Origin: the human T2T-CHM13v2.0 reference genome, Homo sapiens
DNA: 64,000 nt
Assembly: GCF_009914755.1 (NCBI RefSeq)
Contig: NC_060927.1
Strand: one strand, 5' to 3'
Of this stretch, positions 29,976 through 45,580 are shown piece by piece. The notes below the pieces were generated by a model. It saw only the letters and a program-made list of their open reading frames with translations. It made no database searches and had not been told where the DNA came from. The stretch's first letter is position 1, and every line of letters begins with the position of its first letter. Both the position numbers and the translations under genes were made by a program.

Positions 29976-32324
29976 CAGGCATACCTTGTTTTATTGCACT
30001 TCACAGATGTGTTTCTTACAAATTGAAGTTTTATGGCAAACCTCCATTGAGCAAGTCTATTGGTGCCATTTTCCCAACAGTATGTGCTCACTTTGTGTCT
30101 CTGTGACAAATTTTGGTAATTCTCAACATATTTCAAACTTTAAAATTATTATTGTATCTGTTATGTTGATCTGTGATCAGTGATCTTAGATATTCCTATT
30201 ATAATGATTTCGGGGCACCATGAACTGTGACCGTATAAGACAGTGAACATAATTGATAAATGTTATGTGTGCTCTGACTGCTCCATTGACTGGCCCTTCT
30301 CCTATCCCTCTTCCTTTCCTCAGGCTCCCTATTTTCTGAGACAAAACAGTAATGAAATTATGCCTGTTAGTAGCCTTACAATGGCTGCTAAGAGTTCAAG
30401 TAAAAGGAAGAGTCCCATCTCTCACTTTAAATCAAAAGCTAGAAATGATTACACTTAGTGAGAAAGGCATGTTGAAAGCCAAGACAGGCCAAAAGCTAGG
30501 CCTCTTGAGCCAAACAGTTAGCTGACTTGTAAATGCAAAGGAAAAGTTCTTGGAAATCAGAAATGCTACTCCAATGAACACAAACGATAAGAAAATAAAA
30601 TGCCTGATTGTTGATATGGAGAAAGTTTCAGTGGTTTGGATAGAAGATCAAACTGGCCACAACATTTCCTTAAGCCAAAACCTAATTCAGAGCAAGGCTC
30701 AAACTCTCTTCAATTCTATGAAGGCTGAGAGAGGTGAGGAAGCTGCAGAAGGAAGGTTTGAAGCTAACAGAGCTTGGTTCAAGAGCTTTAAGGAAAGATG
30801 CCATCTTCATAACATAAAAGTACAAGGTGAAGTAGCAAGTGCTGATGTAGAAGCTGCAGCAAATTACCCACAAGATCTAGCTAAAATCACTGATGAAGGT
30901 GGTTACACTGAACAACAAATTTTCACTGTAGACAAAATAGCCTTCCATTGGAAAAAGATGCTTTTATAACTAGACAAGAGAAGTCAATGACTGGCTTCAA
31001 AGCTTCAAAAGACAGGCTGACTCTTGTTAGGGGCTAATGCAGCTGGTGACTTTAAGTTGAAGCCAATGCTCATTTACCATTCTGAAAAACCTAGATCATT
31101 AAGAATTATGCTAAGTCTACTCTGCCTGTGCTCTATAAATAGGACAACAAAGCCTGGATGACAGCACATCTGTTTACAGTGTGATTTACTACATACTTTA
31201 AGTCCATTGTTGAGACCTACTGCTCAGAAAAGAAGATTCCTTTCAATACACCCAATACACCCAGTCATCTAAGATTTCTGATGAAGATATACAAGGAGAT
31301 GAATGTTGTTTTCATGCCTGCTAATATATTTATTCTTCAGTCCATGGATCAAGGACTAATTCAACTTTCAAGTCTTATTATTTAAGAAATACATTTTGTA
31401 AGACTATAGCTGCCATAGATAATGATTCATCTGGTGGATCTGGGCAAAATACACTAAAAAGCTTCTGGAAAAGATTCACCATTCTAGATGCCATTAACAA
31501 CATTTGTGATTCATGGGAGGAAGTGAAAACATCATTAACAGGAGTGTGAAAGGCATTCATTCCAACCCTCATAGATGACTTTGCAGAGTTCAAGATTTCA
31601 GTGAAGGAAGTAACTGCTGATATGGTGGAACTAGCAAAAGAACCAGAATTAGAAGTGTAGCCTGAAGGTGTGACTGAATGGCTGTAATCTCATTATCAAA
31701 TTTTAGCGGATGAAGAGTTGCTTCTTACAGACGGGCAAAGAAAGTGTTTTTTTGAGATGAACTCTACTACTGGTGAAGATGCTGTGAGCATTGTTGAAAT
31801 GACAACAAAGAATTTAGAATATTACATAAACTTGGTTGATAAAGCAGTGGAGGGGCTTGAGAGGATTGACTCCAATTTTGAAAGGAGCTCTATGAGAGTA
31901 AAATGCTATAAACAGCAACACATGCTACAGCGAAATCTTTCATGAAAGGATGAATCAATCGAAGTGGCAAGCTTCATTGTTGTCTTATTTTATGAAATTT
32001 CCACAGCCACACCAACCTTTAGAAACCATCATCCGGCTTGGTCAGCAGTCATCAACATTGAGGCAAGACCCTTCCCCAGCAAAAAGATTGCTACTCAGTG
32101 GAGGCTCAGATTTTTTTTTTTAGCAATAAATTATCTTTTAATAAAGTATGTACATTGTTATTTTAGACATGGTGCTATTGCACATTTAGTAGACTATAAT
32201 ATAATGTAAACATAGCTTTTATGTGCTCTGGAAAACACAAAATTTATGTGGCTAATTTTATGGCAATATTCACCTTATTGCCATGGTCTGGAGCCAGACT
32301 TGCAATATCTTTTGGGTATGCCTG
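29976..32324 (+). mobile_element. Tigger1 DNA transposon, essentially full length, transposase disrupted
   Basis: TIRs CAGGCATACC… / …GGTATGCCTG, with TA on the right side. Transposase peptide 30550-30969 (VVWIEDQT…NLIQSKA…[19 protein letters not shown]). Multiple stops and frameshifts. Confidence 0.93.
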
Positions 32325-35098
32325 TATGATAAAAATGGACCATGGGGACTGGCACAAAATGTGCTTGCTTTGAAGCTTAAAGAGAGTTTAGAGTTAGTGT
32401 GTAGTTCTTCCAAGGGAACTTCTCTTTGGAATGGAGAGTACGACTTTAAGTTTTGAGTCCTACTGCCATTTCCTGGGAGGTAGTAAGCTGAAGTCATATA
32501 GCTGGAAACTCTGCCAAAATAAGATTATTTCTTCCACTATAGTGTTTTGTCAGGAAGAACTTGAAAAATGAATTGAAACTGGAAATCAAGTACAACTGAC
32601 AATAAAGAATATTGCCCCATTAGGAACACAACAAACCATTTGCAGTTAATGGAGTCTTGATTCTGTATTTTCTTGTGTTTAAGTATTGGGCTCTAGCCCA
32701 GAGAAGCCAAATTCAAAAAAAACTAAATGCCAGATATGAATAGACCCTTGATCACAAGCAATTTATTTCAACATTTGTTGTAATGATGGACTTACATTTT
32801 ACTTGGTCCTTTTTACTTAATTGGCAATTATTAACTCTCACATATTATTAACTAATAAAGTTATACGATCTTTCCAGTAACTAATTCATACTTTAGGAGA
32901 ACATTGAAATAGCCATTTAAACTGTCTGTGGAGAAAATATGGCCTCACTGAACCAACTACTTGGGTGCCCTTTCAATTACAGCAAGACTCCCAGCCATTT
33001 AGGCTAAAAAGAGCTCTGGAGATTCCCTTATTCAATAGCCTCATTTCACAGATGAGGAAAACAAGACCAGAAGAAGATGCTCCTCTTTCAGGGAATAAGT
33101 GGTTTTCAAGCTGTTCGTTCATTCAGTTGTTTGTTACTTGTTCAATCTAAGCACCTATGAGCCAGATATGTATTGTTCTGAGTGCTGGGGATATTGGGAC
33201 CTGCTCCCAGGGGTCTTACATAGTGTGTATGTGGAAGAGGAATTAGAAAAGACTACACTTTTGGATTAACTAGCAATTTCATCACAGTGGTAAGTGCACT
33301 AAAGAAAAGAAGAACAAAGAAGAGAATTCTGATTGGGAGGAAGGGGGTGTTCAGGGAGAATTTTTTCAAGGAGGTGACATTTAGGCTGAGGCCTGAATGA
33401 TGAAAAGTACTCATCATCTTTGTTATGATAATGGAGGAGGTTCTCACAGGTCGAGGAAGAGCCAAGCCCTGAGGTAGGAGGATGACTAGTCAGTTCAGAG
33501 TAGAACACAGCTCAGTGTTAGGTGAGGGCTTGGCATGGCATATTCTGCAGGCCTTGTGGGCTGAGTGAAGACCCTCAGTCTGTGAAAGGTCTACAGAGGA
33601 CCTGAGGGATACAATTTATATTTTTAAAATGTTTTGTTGAATGTGATGTGGAACGGTGTGGAAAAGGTGGCTAGTTATGGGGCCACCACAGCCAAACCAT
33701 ATGAGAAGGATGTGGTCTAGAGTAGGGTTTGTGGCAGGGCTCAGCAAGAGAAGTGAATGTGTTTAGGATATATTTTAAAGACAGAACTGGCAGGGCTGTG
33801 GTTAAATTGGATGTGGGGGTGAGGGTAAATGAGAGAGTGATTAGAAGGACTGAAGCTTTTGGTTTAAGCACATAGGTAGGGCCATTTCCTGAAATGGGAA
33901 AGTCTTGAGAGGCGCAGGTTGGAGGGGGTACAGTGAAGAATCAAGGGTAATGAAGAAATAAATTGGTACTGTACAGAGACTGGAAAAAAGAAGAGTAGGC
34001 TTATTTTGATAGGGCAGTCGATGAAGGCCTCACTCAGGAGTTGACATTTAAGGTGAGAACTGAAAGGTGTGAAAAGTCAGAGAAGAACATTTCAGATAGA
34101 GGGAACCGCAGGTGCAGAGGCTCAGGGGAGGAAGTGGCTTCACAACTCAGAGGGAACCCAAGGGAGAGAGGTAATCAAAGGAGTGGTTTCCGTGTTTCAT
34201 ATTATAACTTAGATGTGATGGAAGAAATGTGCCTTTTTTCTCTTTTTAGCTGACCTGATTTTTCTCATAGGAGTTGAGATTGAAAGAAGGTACCAGGACT
34301 TTAAACCTGCCAATGAATCCACCTCTTTCAGATGACTCCATCACCTTTACACCCATGGCTTCCTTTATCTGGAATATTTGGATGAATTGAAAGTCTGTCT
34401 CTTAGATGTATTCAATCTAAGAGTTTGTCCCTGGATATTTGTACTAAAATATACTAAAACCAAAAGTCAAAACATCATATTAGTTAATAGAAAATTGTTC
34501 TGATATGTGAAGTAAAAGGGAATTGAAAGCATTATTTTCAAATTGACTGTGGCACATACATTTGGCCAAACATGAGTCCAATATATCTCAACCAACTCCA
34601 GTCATTGTCTTGCACTTTGCTTTACATTTGTTCCAATAGGATTACATGCTTTGGGTGTGGACGCCAAGAAGTGACAAAAAAAGGAAGTTGGGATCATTAC
34701 GGTTAACCCAAGCATGTTGGAAACCAGAGAGAGGCTGAGTGCTATCATACACAGACCCATGAATCGGAGTAAGTTTGAAGCATTGACAATAATGGGTTGC
34801 AGTGTGTTTTGAAATAAACTATCCATTGGGAGAGGTGAAATGAAATAAAAAATTTATCAGAAATAAAACTACTAAAAAGATTAAATTTGAATTTGACCTA
34901 CAGGGATTGATCATAATTGAGGAATTTGACCTGTAGGGATAAATTGTTAAACTGAAGAAAGAATTAAAGAATTTGATCCACAGGAACATATTGGTCAATT
35001 AATCTGAATGTTCTTTCCTGGCTCTTCACACATTTTAGATCTCACCCTAAATATCAACTCCTGAGTGAGGGCTTCATTTAGCGCTGTATCAAAGTGGC

Positions 35099-35767
<669 letters not shown>

Positions 35768-36797
35768 TATTTTGTCTAATAAATAAATCCTCACCCTACC
35801 TATACTCTCCCCAACCTGTTCCTCTCTAGACTTCCCATCCTAGGAAATGGTCCTACCTAGTTGCTCAAGTTCCCTCCTTGGTCGTCTCTTCCTTAGAGAA
35901 CTTTCAGATTTTTATCTCTTCAACTGCCCCTCTCCTAGATGGATTGGGAGGCTCATGTGACCTCAAGGTGGCAGAGAAGAGAGGCCAAGTTGTTCTATTG
36001 CACTCCAGCTGCACCAGTCTCCATGGTGATGCTATTTGTCTGTCTAGTCAGGTGGTGGAGTTTGGGGGTGCTTTGCTGCCCTGACTTTGGAGAACTTAGT
36101 CTGTTCTCTGGGCTCAGTTGGCCTGGACTTCCTTTCTGTAGACTCATTCTCTCCTCAGTTTTCTTGGTGCTGCTGTTCTTTCTTTCTAAGGTCTGAGGGG
36201 CCCTGGGACCCCCAGCTTAAGATTCTTCAGGGTCACCTCACTAATGATGTGTGGCATCTTTGCAAATGGAAATATCAGCTTCTTTCCACCACCTTCATGA
36301 TGCAGGCAGGAACCTGTAAGTCTCTTCCGTGACACCCGAGAGCCAAAGAAGACTCTGGGTAAGCAAGCCCTCTTACTATCTACCCATACTGTGTTGCCTA
36401 TTTTTACTTTGCTGTGGCCATTCATTGTTGTCCCTCTATGTGATGACATCTTTCCAGAGTGAATCTGAAAGTGGCAACAGCACCTCTACTCTTGGCTTTC
36501 CTCTTGACCCTTGTCCCACCTGATACTTCTTTGATCTTATGAGCTAAGGAGGTTTGGTAGTGATCCATAACACATACACATCTGACAATTTGCTTTCCCT
36601 AAATCTCCTTTCTCTCTTTCTAGCAAACTCCCTGAGCTGGAAGGGGTATATTCTCCTCTTTCTCCTTATGGTGGTTTTAAAACAAGTCTGAAAAATTTTT
36701 GAAACTAAAAAAGGTGCAGTCCATGTCACCTCCCTTGACCCTGGGTGGGCCTTTGTGACTTTCTTGATGAAAGGAATATGGCAGAAGTGATGCTGCA

Positions 36798-37541
<744 letters not shown>

Positions 37542-38013
37542 CTGTGTGATGTTAGGTTGAACTAGGAAAGGCCCCGCCATTTCCACCAGTTTCTCTTAGG
37601 ACTTGCTCTCAGAGCTTTCCGATCCCATGTAAGGAGACCAGCTGTCCTGAGACCTCCATTTGGGGAGACCACGTGGAGAAAGAATGAGACCTGAGGAGTG
37701 TGTGCTATCAGCTGTTCAGTTGCATCCAGCTCAGGAGCTGATGTGAGCTAAGAATCCTTAAAGATGATGCCAGCTCAGCCACTGTCTGATGGCAACCACA
37801 AGAGATACTCTGAGTGAGAACCACCTGGCTAAGCCATTCAATGCCCAGATTCACGAGCAAAATAAATGCTTGCCCTTGTTTTAAGTCATTCATTTGGAAT
37901 AGTTTGCTAATAGGTGACTGAAGCATCCACACTCCCTACAGCTCACATTCTTACCATCCTGCTTCATTTCTTAAGTTGTCACTATGCTATGACTCATCAT
38001 TAAACCTCCAAGT

Positions 38014-38124
38014 AGGGTGACCAGTCACCTGATTTGCATGGGACTGAGGGAGTTCTCAAAATTTGAGACTTTCATTGATAAAACAGAAAGTCCTGGGCAA
38101 ATCAAGATGAGGTGGCCACTCCAA
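38014..38124. mobile_element. MER94-like non-autonomous hAT element
   Basis: AGGGTGACC… terminus. 8-bp TSD CTCCAAGT / CTCCAAGA. Confidence 0.65.
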
Positions 38125-39739
38125 CTCCAAGATTTGCTTTTTTTAAAATAAAAAGGTAGCTGAAAGAATTTAGAGATTTCAGAATTATTACTTCACTATA
38201 AATTTTTAAAATAGGTAGTGTTGGGCATAGAGGCTGACCCTGTTTTCTAAGTGGTATCTGCCCTCCTAAAGGAATAGATGCTATGTAAATGAGTGGGCTA
38301 GCAGAGTCAAAGATAATTATAGGATGTGAAAATACACTTGAAAGTATTTCAAAAATATATCATAACATAGAGATAGGGAAATGATCCAGACAGAGTCACT
38401 GACTTGCCAAGGACAAACAGTGACAAGGTCATGATTTGGAATGCAGATATTGGAACTTCAGTCTGGGGTACTTATCTCCAAATTATATCAGTTCTCATTC
38501 TTACCAATATTCACCATGTAAGTAGGGTATAATATTCAACCATAGAGAATATTTAGACTGAGGGAGAGATGTCTTTGCTGTAAAATAGTTCACCATCTTC
38601 CCATCTAGGTAGCACAGGTTAGACTGAAATCCAATCTCAACCAAGACTGAGTAAACGAAGAACAAGAAAATACATCTTACTTAAAACAAAACCCCAAACC
38701 AACTTCAGGTCTATTTTTGAAATGGAGGGTTTGACAATTTCATTATAAATGTTAGTGCAAAATTGTAAGCCCTGGTACTGCTGTCTCAGAAGAAGCCCAG
38801 TTAACTGTGGGTTAACTTAGGGCTCTTCAAGGAAGTGAAGGATAGGGAGGCTTCCAACAAGCAGCAGGGCTGGTATAACTGGATACAGGCAAAGGAGCCT
38901 TCCTGGGTGTGGTTTTTTGGCAAAGAAACCCAGACTGCCTTGGCAAATGAATAGTAGGCTGGAAATTAGTTGGGGGAGTGGGAGGAGATGGGTGGAAAGG
39001 AGGGTGGGGAAGGAGAACATTACCTTGAGGTCTGATGTGGCAGGAAAGTCTACTACCTGCTTGCCCCACCTCTGTTCAGAAAATGTGTGTGGTGCGTTTG
39101 CGTATGGGTTCTGAGTGTACCTAAAAAATAGAGTAGAACTTTTCTCAAAGAAGGCAAATTGCTTACTACTATTACTGCAGTGCCATGGCTACCCAATCAC
39201 CAAGCCCATCTTTTCCAAGAAGGCCAGGAGGAAACTGTCTGACTAGCACAGCTAATACAATGGTGAGGCCATGAGTCAGACACTGATTAGATTCAGCTGA
39301 TATGTGAACAGCTGTGAGTTGCATTTCATATTATGATTAAAGAAAAATTTCTATAATTTTACACAACCTTTGGACTCATTCATGCAAAACTGAAAGTTAA
39401 AAAAAACAATGAGTGAAAACTCTTGGGGCGGGATAACATTTCAAAATTTTAAACATATGCTTTTATTCTGTATTTCCTCCTTTCCTTTCCTTCCACTCAA
39501 ATAGGTAGTTAAGCCTGTTCTTTGCTTCCATGGAGGAATATAGTTGGGGCAAAAAGGTGAAATAGTCTACATGTTTTTCCTGGCATTGGAAGAATAGGTG
39601 AGGCCAACATATTGGCCAGAAACCCGCAAGGGAAAAGATTCCTCTGAGACCAGGGCTGGAAGATTTCCTGGGGTTGGAAGGAGGAAACACAGAAGAACAG
39701 AGAGCTCTGAAGTTCTGGGGCAGAGAAGAAACATGCCCT

Positions 39740-40345
39740 TGTGAAAGCTGTCAGACTCAAAATGGAGTCACTAATGTTAAAACAGCAATAGCAACAATAA
39801 CAACCCTGGCAAATAGAGGTGGGGAAGGCTGTGAGGAGAGGGTATTCAATCTTGTATGCCTGATAACAAAAGTATCATAAAAGACTGCAAAAACCTCGCA
39901 CAAAGGTCATTGCAACCTTACACACACAAAAATATTTTTGCAAGGACATCTGCCCAGCAACTGCCTGTTTAACCTTGGGTTGGTATCACCTTTTTGTTTG
40001 TTTGTTTATGTTTTAGAGATAGGGTCTCACTGTGTTGCCCAGGCTCAAAATCCTGGGCTTAAGCTAGTCTCCTGCCTCAGCCTCCAGAGTAGCTGGGACT
40101 ACAGGTGCGCACCACTGAGCCCAACTAATCTTTTGTTATTGATCTTTGTAGATAAGGATAATTTTTTTTCAAAACAATTATGTAATCTTCCTAATTTTTT
40201 CCTTTAAAAATCTTTGTCTTCCTTTACCTCCCTGAATATACACATAGTTTACTATGGCAGACGTATTCCCATTGCAATTCTCTATTCTCAAATAAACATC
40301 ATTTTTTCTAATAGAGCCTCTCTTAATTTGTTATTTAGGTTGACA
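39740..40345 (+). mobile_element. Solo ERV1 LTR, MER65-like, with an antisense FLAM at ~39991-40124
   Basis: TGTGAAAG…CAAAATGGAGTCACTAATG…TTAGGTTGACA termini. AATAAA at ~40291. Confidence 0.78.
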
Positions 40346-41049
40346 TTCTGAATCTTTCAACATTCATTCATTCAACTTTTTTTACACCAGGCACTGTTTC
40401 AAGAGCAGTGAACAAATAGATAAAATTAGAACAAATGCCCTCATGAAGCTTACATTTTAGTGAATATCAAAACGTATGAGATTCTTACGTCAGACATTAT
40501 TCTAAATGCTTGGTATGTTTTCTTCTCACAACAACCCCTTGAGTTAGATACTATATTCCCAGCTTACAAATGAAGAAAGTGAGACAGAGAAAGAAGATAT
40601 AATTTGCTGATCTCACAGCTAGTAAGTAGCAGGGCTGGAATTAGAACCCAGATAAACCAGCTTCATTTATTTTAACTGCTATGGTACTCTTGCTAAACTT
40701 TTAGGCAGGGTTTTGGGAGGGTGGCAAGACACTAGAGTTGCGAAGGCTGCTTGCGGCAGTTTTACAGAGAACTTCATGCCCCAGATAGGTCAGGGTAGGA
40801 GTGGAAAGACCCTGAAATTCCAGGGTCCTCCACTGTGGATGATAAATGTCTCAGAGGCAGCCTACCTTTCCCTGAATGTCTTCCACTGCCTGAGTCTGAG
40901 ACAGCAGCTTGACCAGAGGGGAAGAGCCCTGAGGTCTGAGGTTGTGTTTCCTCCCTGCTTAGCAGGATGTGCACTCAAAATAGAAATTAGACTGTGTTAA
41001 AATAATAGAGATAATAAAATAGAAAGAATTGTTAAAGTAAGATGAAATT

Positions 41050-41188
41050 GCGGGGCACAGTGACACATACCTGTAGTTCCAGCTCCTCAGGAGGCAGAGG
41101 CAGGAGGAACACTTGAGCCCAGAAGTTTGAGTCCAGCCAGGGCAACATAGTGTGAGACCCCACGTCTCTTAAAAAAAAAAAAAAAAAA
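41050..41188 (+). mobile_element. FLAM Alu monomer
   Basis: Single left-arm monomer with poly-A. TSD-like AAGAT(G/A)AAA. Confidence 0.85.
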
Positions 41189-41481
41189 GATAAAACAGAA
41201 TAATTTCTTTTTTCAACTCTGAGTTTGCTGATTAAGATCCTCCGGGAAGCATGGGATTAGAGAGCTATGTGTGGATAGTCCCAATCTCAATCTCACATTT
41301 CTCCCTCTAGTATTATGGCATTGTTAAAGGAGGATCTAGGATTTCAATGTTGCTAAAGATGAAAGCTTAATCAAATAAGACTATTAACTCCTTTTTACAG
41401 AGAAATTAGTTTGAATTTACATGACTGTGGCAGACTATGTAACTGTCAACATGTCACTAAAAAATACATGTACACTCTATG

Positions 41482-44400
41482 GATGTGGACCAAGATGGTG
41501 GACTAGAAAGCTCCACTAATTTCTCCCCCTGCAAGGATACCTAATTAACAACTATCTGCATGGAAAAATCACTTTAATGAGAACCAAAAATTAGATGAGC
41601 ACTCGCAGTACCTAGTTTTAACCTCATGTCTCTGAAAGAGGCACTGAAGAGGTAGAAAAAACAGCCTTGAATTGCCAACACCTGGCCTGCCCCATCTCCT
41701 AGCAGTGGTGGCATGGTACTGAGAGCCTTTCTGTGAGCTAGGGAAAGGGGAACACAGAAATTGTGAGGCACTAAACTCAGTCTTGCTCTGTTATAGCAGA
41801 AAGAAAAACTGTACCAAACTCAGCTGATGCCTGCCCATGGAGGAAGCATTTAAATCAGCCATAGCCAGAGGGGAATCACTGATCCCAGTGGCTAGAACTT
41901 GAGTTCCACAAGCCCCACCACTGTGGGCTAAAGTGTTCTGTGGCTCTACATAAGCTTGAAAGGCAGTCTAGGACACGAGGACTGCAACACCTAGGGAAGT
42001 CCTAGGACTGAACTGAGCCCAGGTCAGTGGACTGGGCGGGGGAAGTGGGGTGGGGGGGGGGGCATGTGACATACTGAGATACCAGCTGGAACAGCCAAAA
42101 GAGTGCTGGCATCACCCTTCCCCTAAACCCACGCTGCACAACTTGCAGCTCCAAAATAAACACCTTTCTTCCACTTGAGGAGAGGAGTGGGAAGAGTGAG
42201 GAAGACTTGCATCTTGGATGCCAGCTCAGCCACAGCAGGATAGGGCACCAGTTAGAGGTGTGAGGTCCCCTTTCCAGGCCCTAGCTGCCTGATGACATTT
42301 CTAGACACACCCTGGGCCAGAAGGGAATCCACTGCCTTGAAGGGAAGGACTCAGCCATGGCAGGATTCACCACCTGCTAACTGAAGAGCCTATGGGCCCT
42401 GAATAACCAGCAGCAATGCTCAGGTAATATTAATACATCCAGGGCCTTGAGTGAGCCTCTGAGACTTGCTGACTTCAGGTGATACTCAGCACATTCCCAA
42501 CTGTGGTGCCTATTGGGTGAGACTCCTTCTGCTTGAGAAAATAGAAGGAAATGTAAAGGGGACTTTGCCTTGCACTTTGAATACCAGTTTGGCCACAGCA
42601 GGGTAGAGTACCCAGAGGGGTCTTGAGGTCCCTGATTCTAGGATTTGCCTATTGGATGGCATTTCTGGACCTGCCCTGGGCAGAGGGGAGCCCGCTACCC
42701 TGAAGGGTGAGGCTGATGCCAGGCAGCATTCACCACAAGCTGACTGAAGAGCCCTTGGGCCTTAAGGAAACATCAGTGGCAATCTGGCTGTACTCTCTGT
42801 GGGCCTGTGGTAGTAGTAGCTATGAGGTAAGGCTCGTCTGCCTTTGCAAAGGAGAAGGAAAAGTGGGAAGAACTGTGTCTTGTGGTTTGAGTGCCAGCTT
42901 AGCTGCAGTACAATAGAACACCAGTTATATTTCTAAGGTTTTTGACTGTGGTCCCTGGCTCCTGGATGGCACATCTGGACCTTCTCAGGGACTACGGGAA
43001 CTTACTGCCCTGAAGGGAAGGATACAGGCTTGGCAGCCTTTGCCATTATGGATTGTAGAGCCCAAGGGCCTTGAGTGAACATAGACAGTAACCAGGGAGT
43101 GGCTAGAGTAGGCCTTGAGTGAAACACAATGCTGTGCTGCTTAAAGTCTGATGAGGCACAGTTTTAATGGTGGTGGCCACAAGGGTGCCTGTGACATGTC
43201 ACCTCCAGTTCCAAGTGGATCAGAACAGAGAGAGACCCAGTGTCTTTGGGAGAAAGTAAGAGAAAAGAGCAAGAGTCTCTGCCTGATGATCCAGAAAATT
43301 ATTCTGGATCTTTTCTAAGACCAGCAAGTTGGTACCTCGACAAATCTGCAAGAACCACAGCCTTACTGGGCTTGGGGTGCCCCCTAAAACAGATACAGCT
43401 TAGTTCACAACACCCAAGTCCTTTCAAATATCTGGAAAGCCTTCCCAAGAAGGATGGGTACAAACAAGCCCAGGCTGTGAAGACTACAATAAACACCTAA
43501 TTCTTCAATACCCAGCCACAGATGGACATCTACAAGTATCAAAACCATCCAGGAAAACATGGCCTCACCAAATGAACTAAATAAAGCATCAGGGAACCAG
43601 TCCTGGAGTAACAGATATATGACCCTTCAGATAGAGAATTCAAAATAGCTGCGTTGAGAAAACTCAAAGAAATTCAAGATAACATAGAGAAGGAATTTAG
43701 AATTTTATTAGATAAGTTTAACAAAAATATTGAAATAATTAAAAAGAATCAGGCAGAAATTCTGGAGTTGAAAAATGCATTGGGCATACTGAAGAATGCA
43801 TCAGAATCCTTTAATAACATAATTTGTCAAGCAGAAGAAAGAATTTGTGAGCTTGAAGACATGCTAAATAAAAATACACAGACTGAGGAGGCAAAAGAAA
43901 AAAGATTAACAAACAATAAAGCACACCTACAAGATCTAGAAAATGGCCTTAAAACAAAATCTAAGAATTATCTCCTTAAAGAGGAGGTAGAGAAAGAGAT
44001 AAGGGTAGCAATTTTCTTCAAAGGGATAATAACAGATAACTTCCCAAACCTAGATAAAGATACCAATATCCAAGTACAAGAAGGTTATAGAACACCAAGT
44101 AGATTTAACCCAGAGAAGACTACCTCAAGGCTTTTAATAATCAAACTCCCGAAAGGTCAAGGACAAAGAAAGGAGGCAGCAAGAGAAAAGAAACAAATAA
44201 CATACAAGGAGCTCCAATACGTCTGGCAACAGACTTTTTAGTGGAAACCTTAAAGGATAGGAGAGAGTGATATGACTTATTTAAAGTGCTGAAGGTATAA
44301 AAATTTTTCTGTAGAATACTATATCCAGTAAAAATATCCTTCAAACATGAAGAAATACAGATTTTCCCAGACAAACAAAAGCTGTGGGATTTCATCAATA

Positions 44401-45580
44401 CCAAATCTGTCTAACAAGAAATGCTAAAGGGAGCACTGGAATCAAAGAAAAGGATGTTAATGAGCAATAAGAAATCACCGGAAGGTACAAAACTCACTGG
44501 TAATTGTAAGTACAAAGAAAAACACAGAATATTATAACACTGTAACTGTGGTATAAACTACCCTTATCTTAAGTAGAAAGGCTAAACAGCTAATCAATCA
44601 AAAATAATAACTAAAATAACTTTTCAGAACATAGTACAATAAGATACAAATAGAAACAACAAAAAGTTAAAAAGTGGGGGAATAAAGTTATAGCATATAG
44701 CTTTTATTAGCTTTCTTTTTGCTTGCTTGTTTATGCAAACAGTATGTTATCAGGTTTAAAAAATGGGTTATAAGACAGTATTTGCAAGCCTCACGGTAAA
44801 CTCAAGCCAGAAAACACACAAAGAATACACAAAAAAATTAAAAAGCAAAAGAAACTAAATTATGTAGCCAGAGAAAATCACCTTCGCTAAAAGGAAAACA
44901 GAAAGAAAAAGAAAGAAGGAAGAGAAGATCACAAAACAATGAGAATATAAACAACAAAATGGCAGGATAAGTCCTTACTTATCAACAACAATATTGAATG
45001 CAAATGGACTAAACTCTCCAATCAAAAGACATGGAGTGGCCGAATGGATAAAAAACATCAACAGCAACAACAACAACAAACAACCACCACCAAAAAATAA
45101 GACCCAATTACCTGTTGCCTTCAAGAAATACACATCACCTATAAAGACACACAGACTGAAAACAAAGGGATGGAAAGAGATATTCCATGCCAGTGGAAAC
45201 CAAAAAACAGCAGAAGTAGCTATACTTATATCAGACAAAATAGATTTAAAGAGAAAAACTATAAGAGGCAAAGAAGGTTACTATATTATGATAAAGGGGT
45301 TAATTCAGCAAGAAGATATAACAATTATATATGCACCCAACACTGGATCACCCAGGTATATAAAGCAAATTTTATTAGAGCTAAAGAGAGAGATAGACCC
45401 TAATACAATAATAACTTGAGACTTCAATACCCCACTTTCAGCACTGGACTGATCTGCATACAGAAAATCAACAAAGAAACATTGGACTTAATCTGTACTA
45501 TAGACATAATTGATATTTATAGGACATTTTATCCAGTGGCTACAGAATACACATTATTTTCCTCAGCACATGGCACATGC
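41482..45580 (+). mobile_element. LINE-1 5' half (L1M1/L1M2-like): 5' UTR, ORF1, inter-ORF spacer and start of the ORF2 endonuclease; 3'-truncated
   Basis: CCAAGATGG… start. ORF1 peptide 43654-44241 (NQAEILELKN…NFPNL…IQVQE). Endonuclease peptide 44994-45419 (NGLNSPIKR…AILISDKID…IYAPN). Confidence 0.88.

Noticed and set aside
30550-30969. 139-aa ORF as a TIGD-like domesticated gene
   Set aside because: It is a fragment of a frameshifted Tigger1 transposase that still lies between its TIRs.
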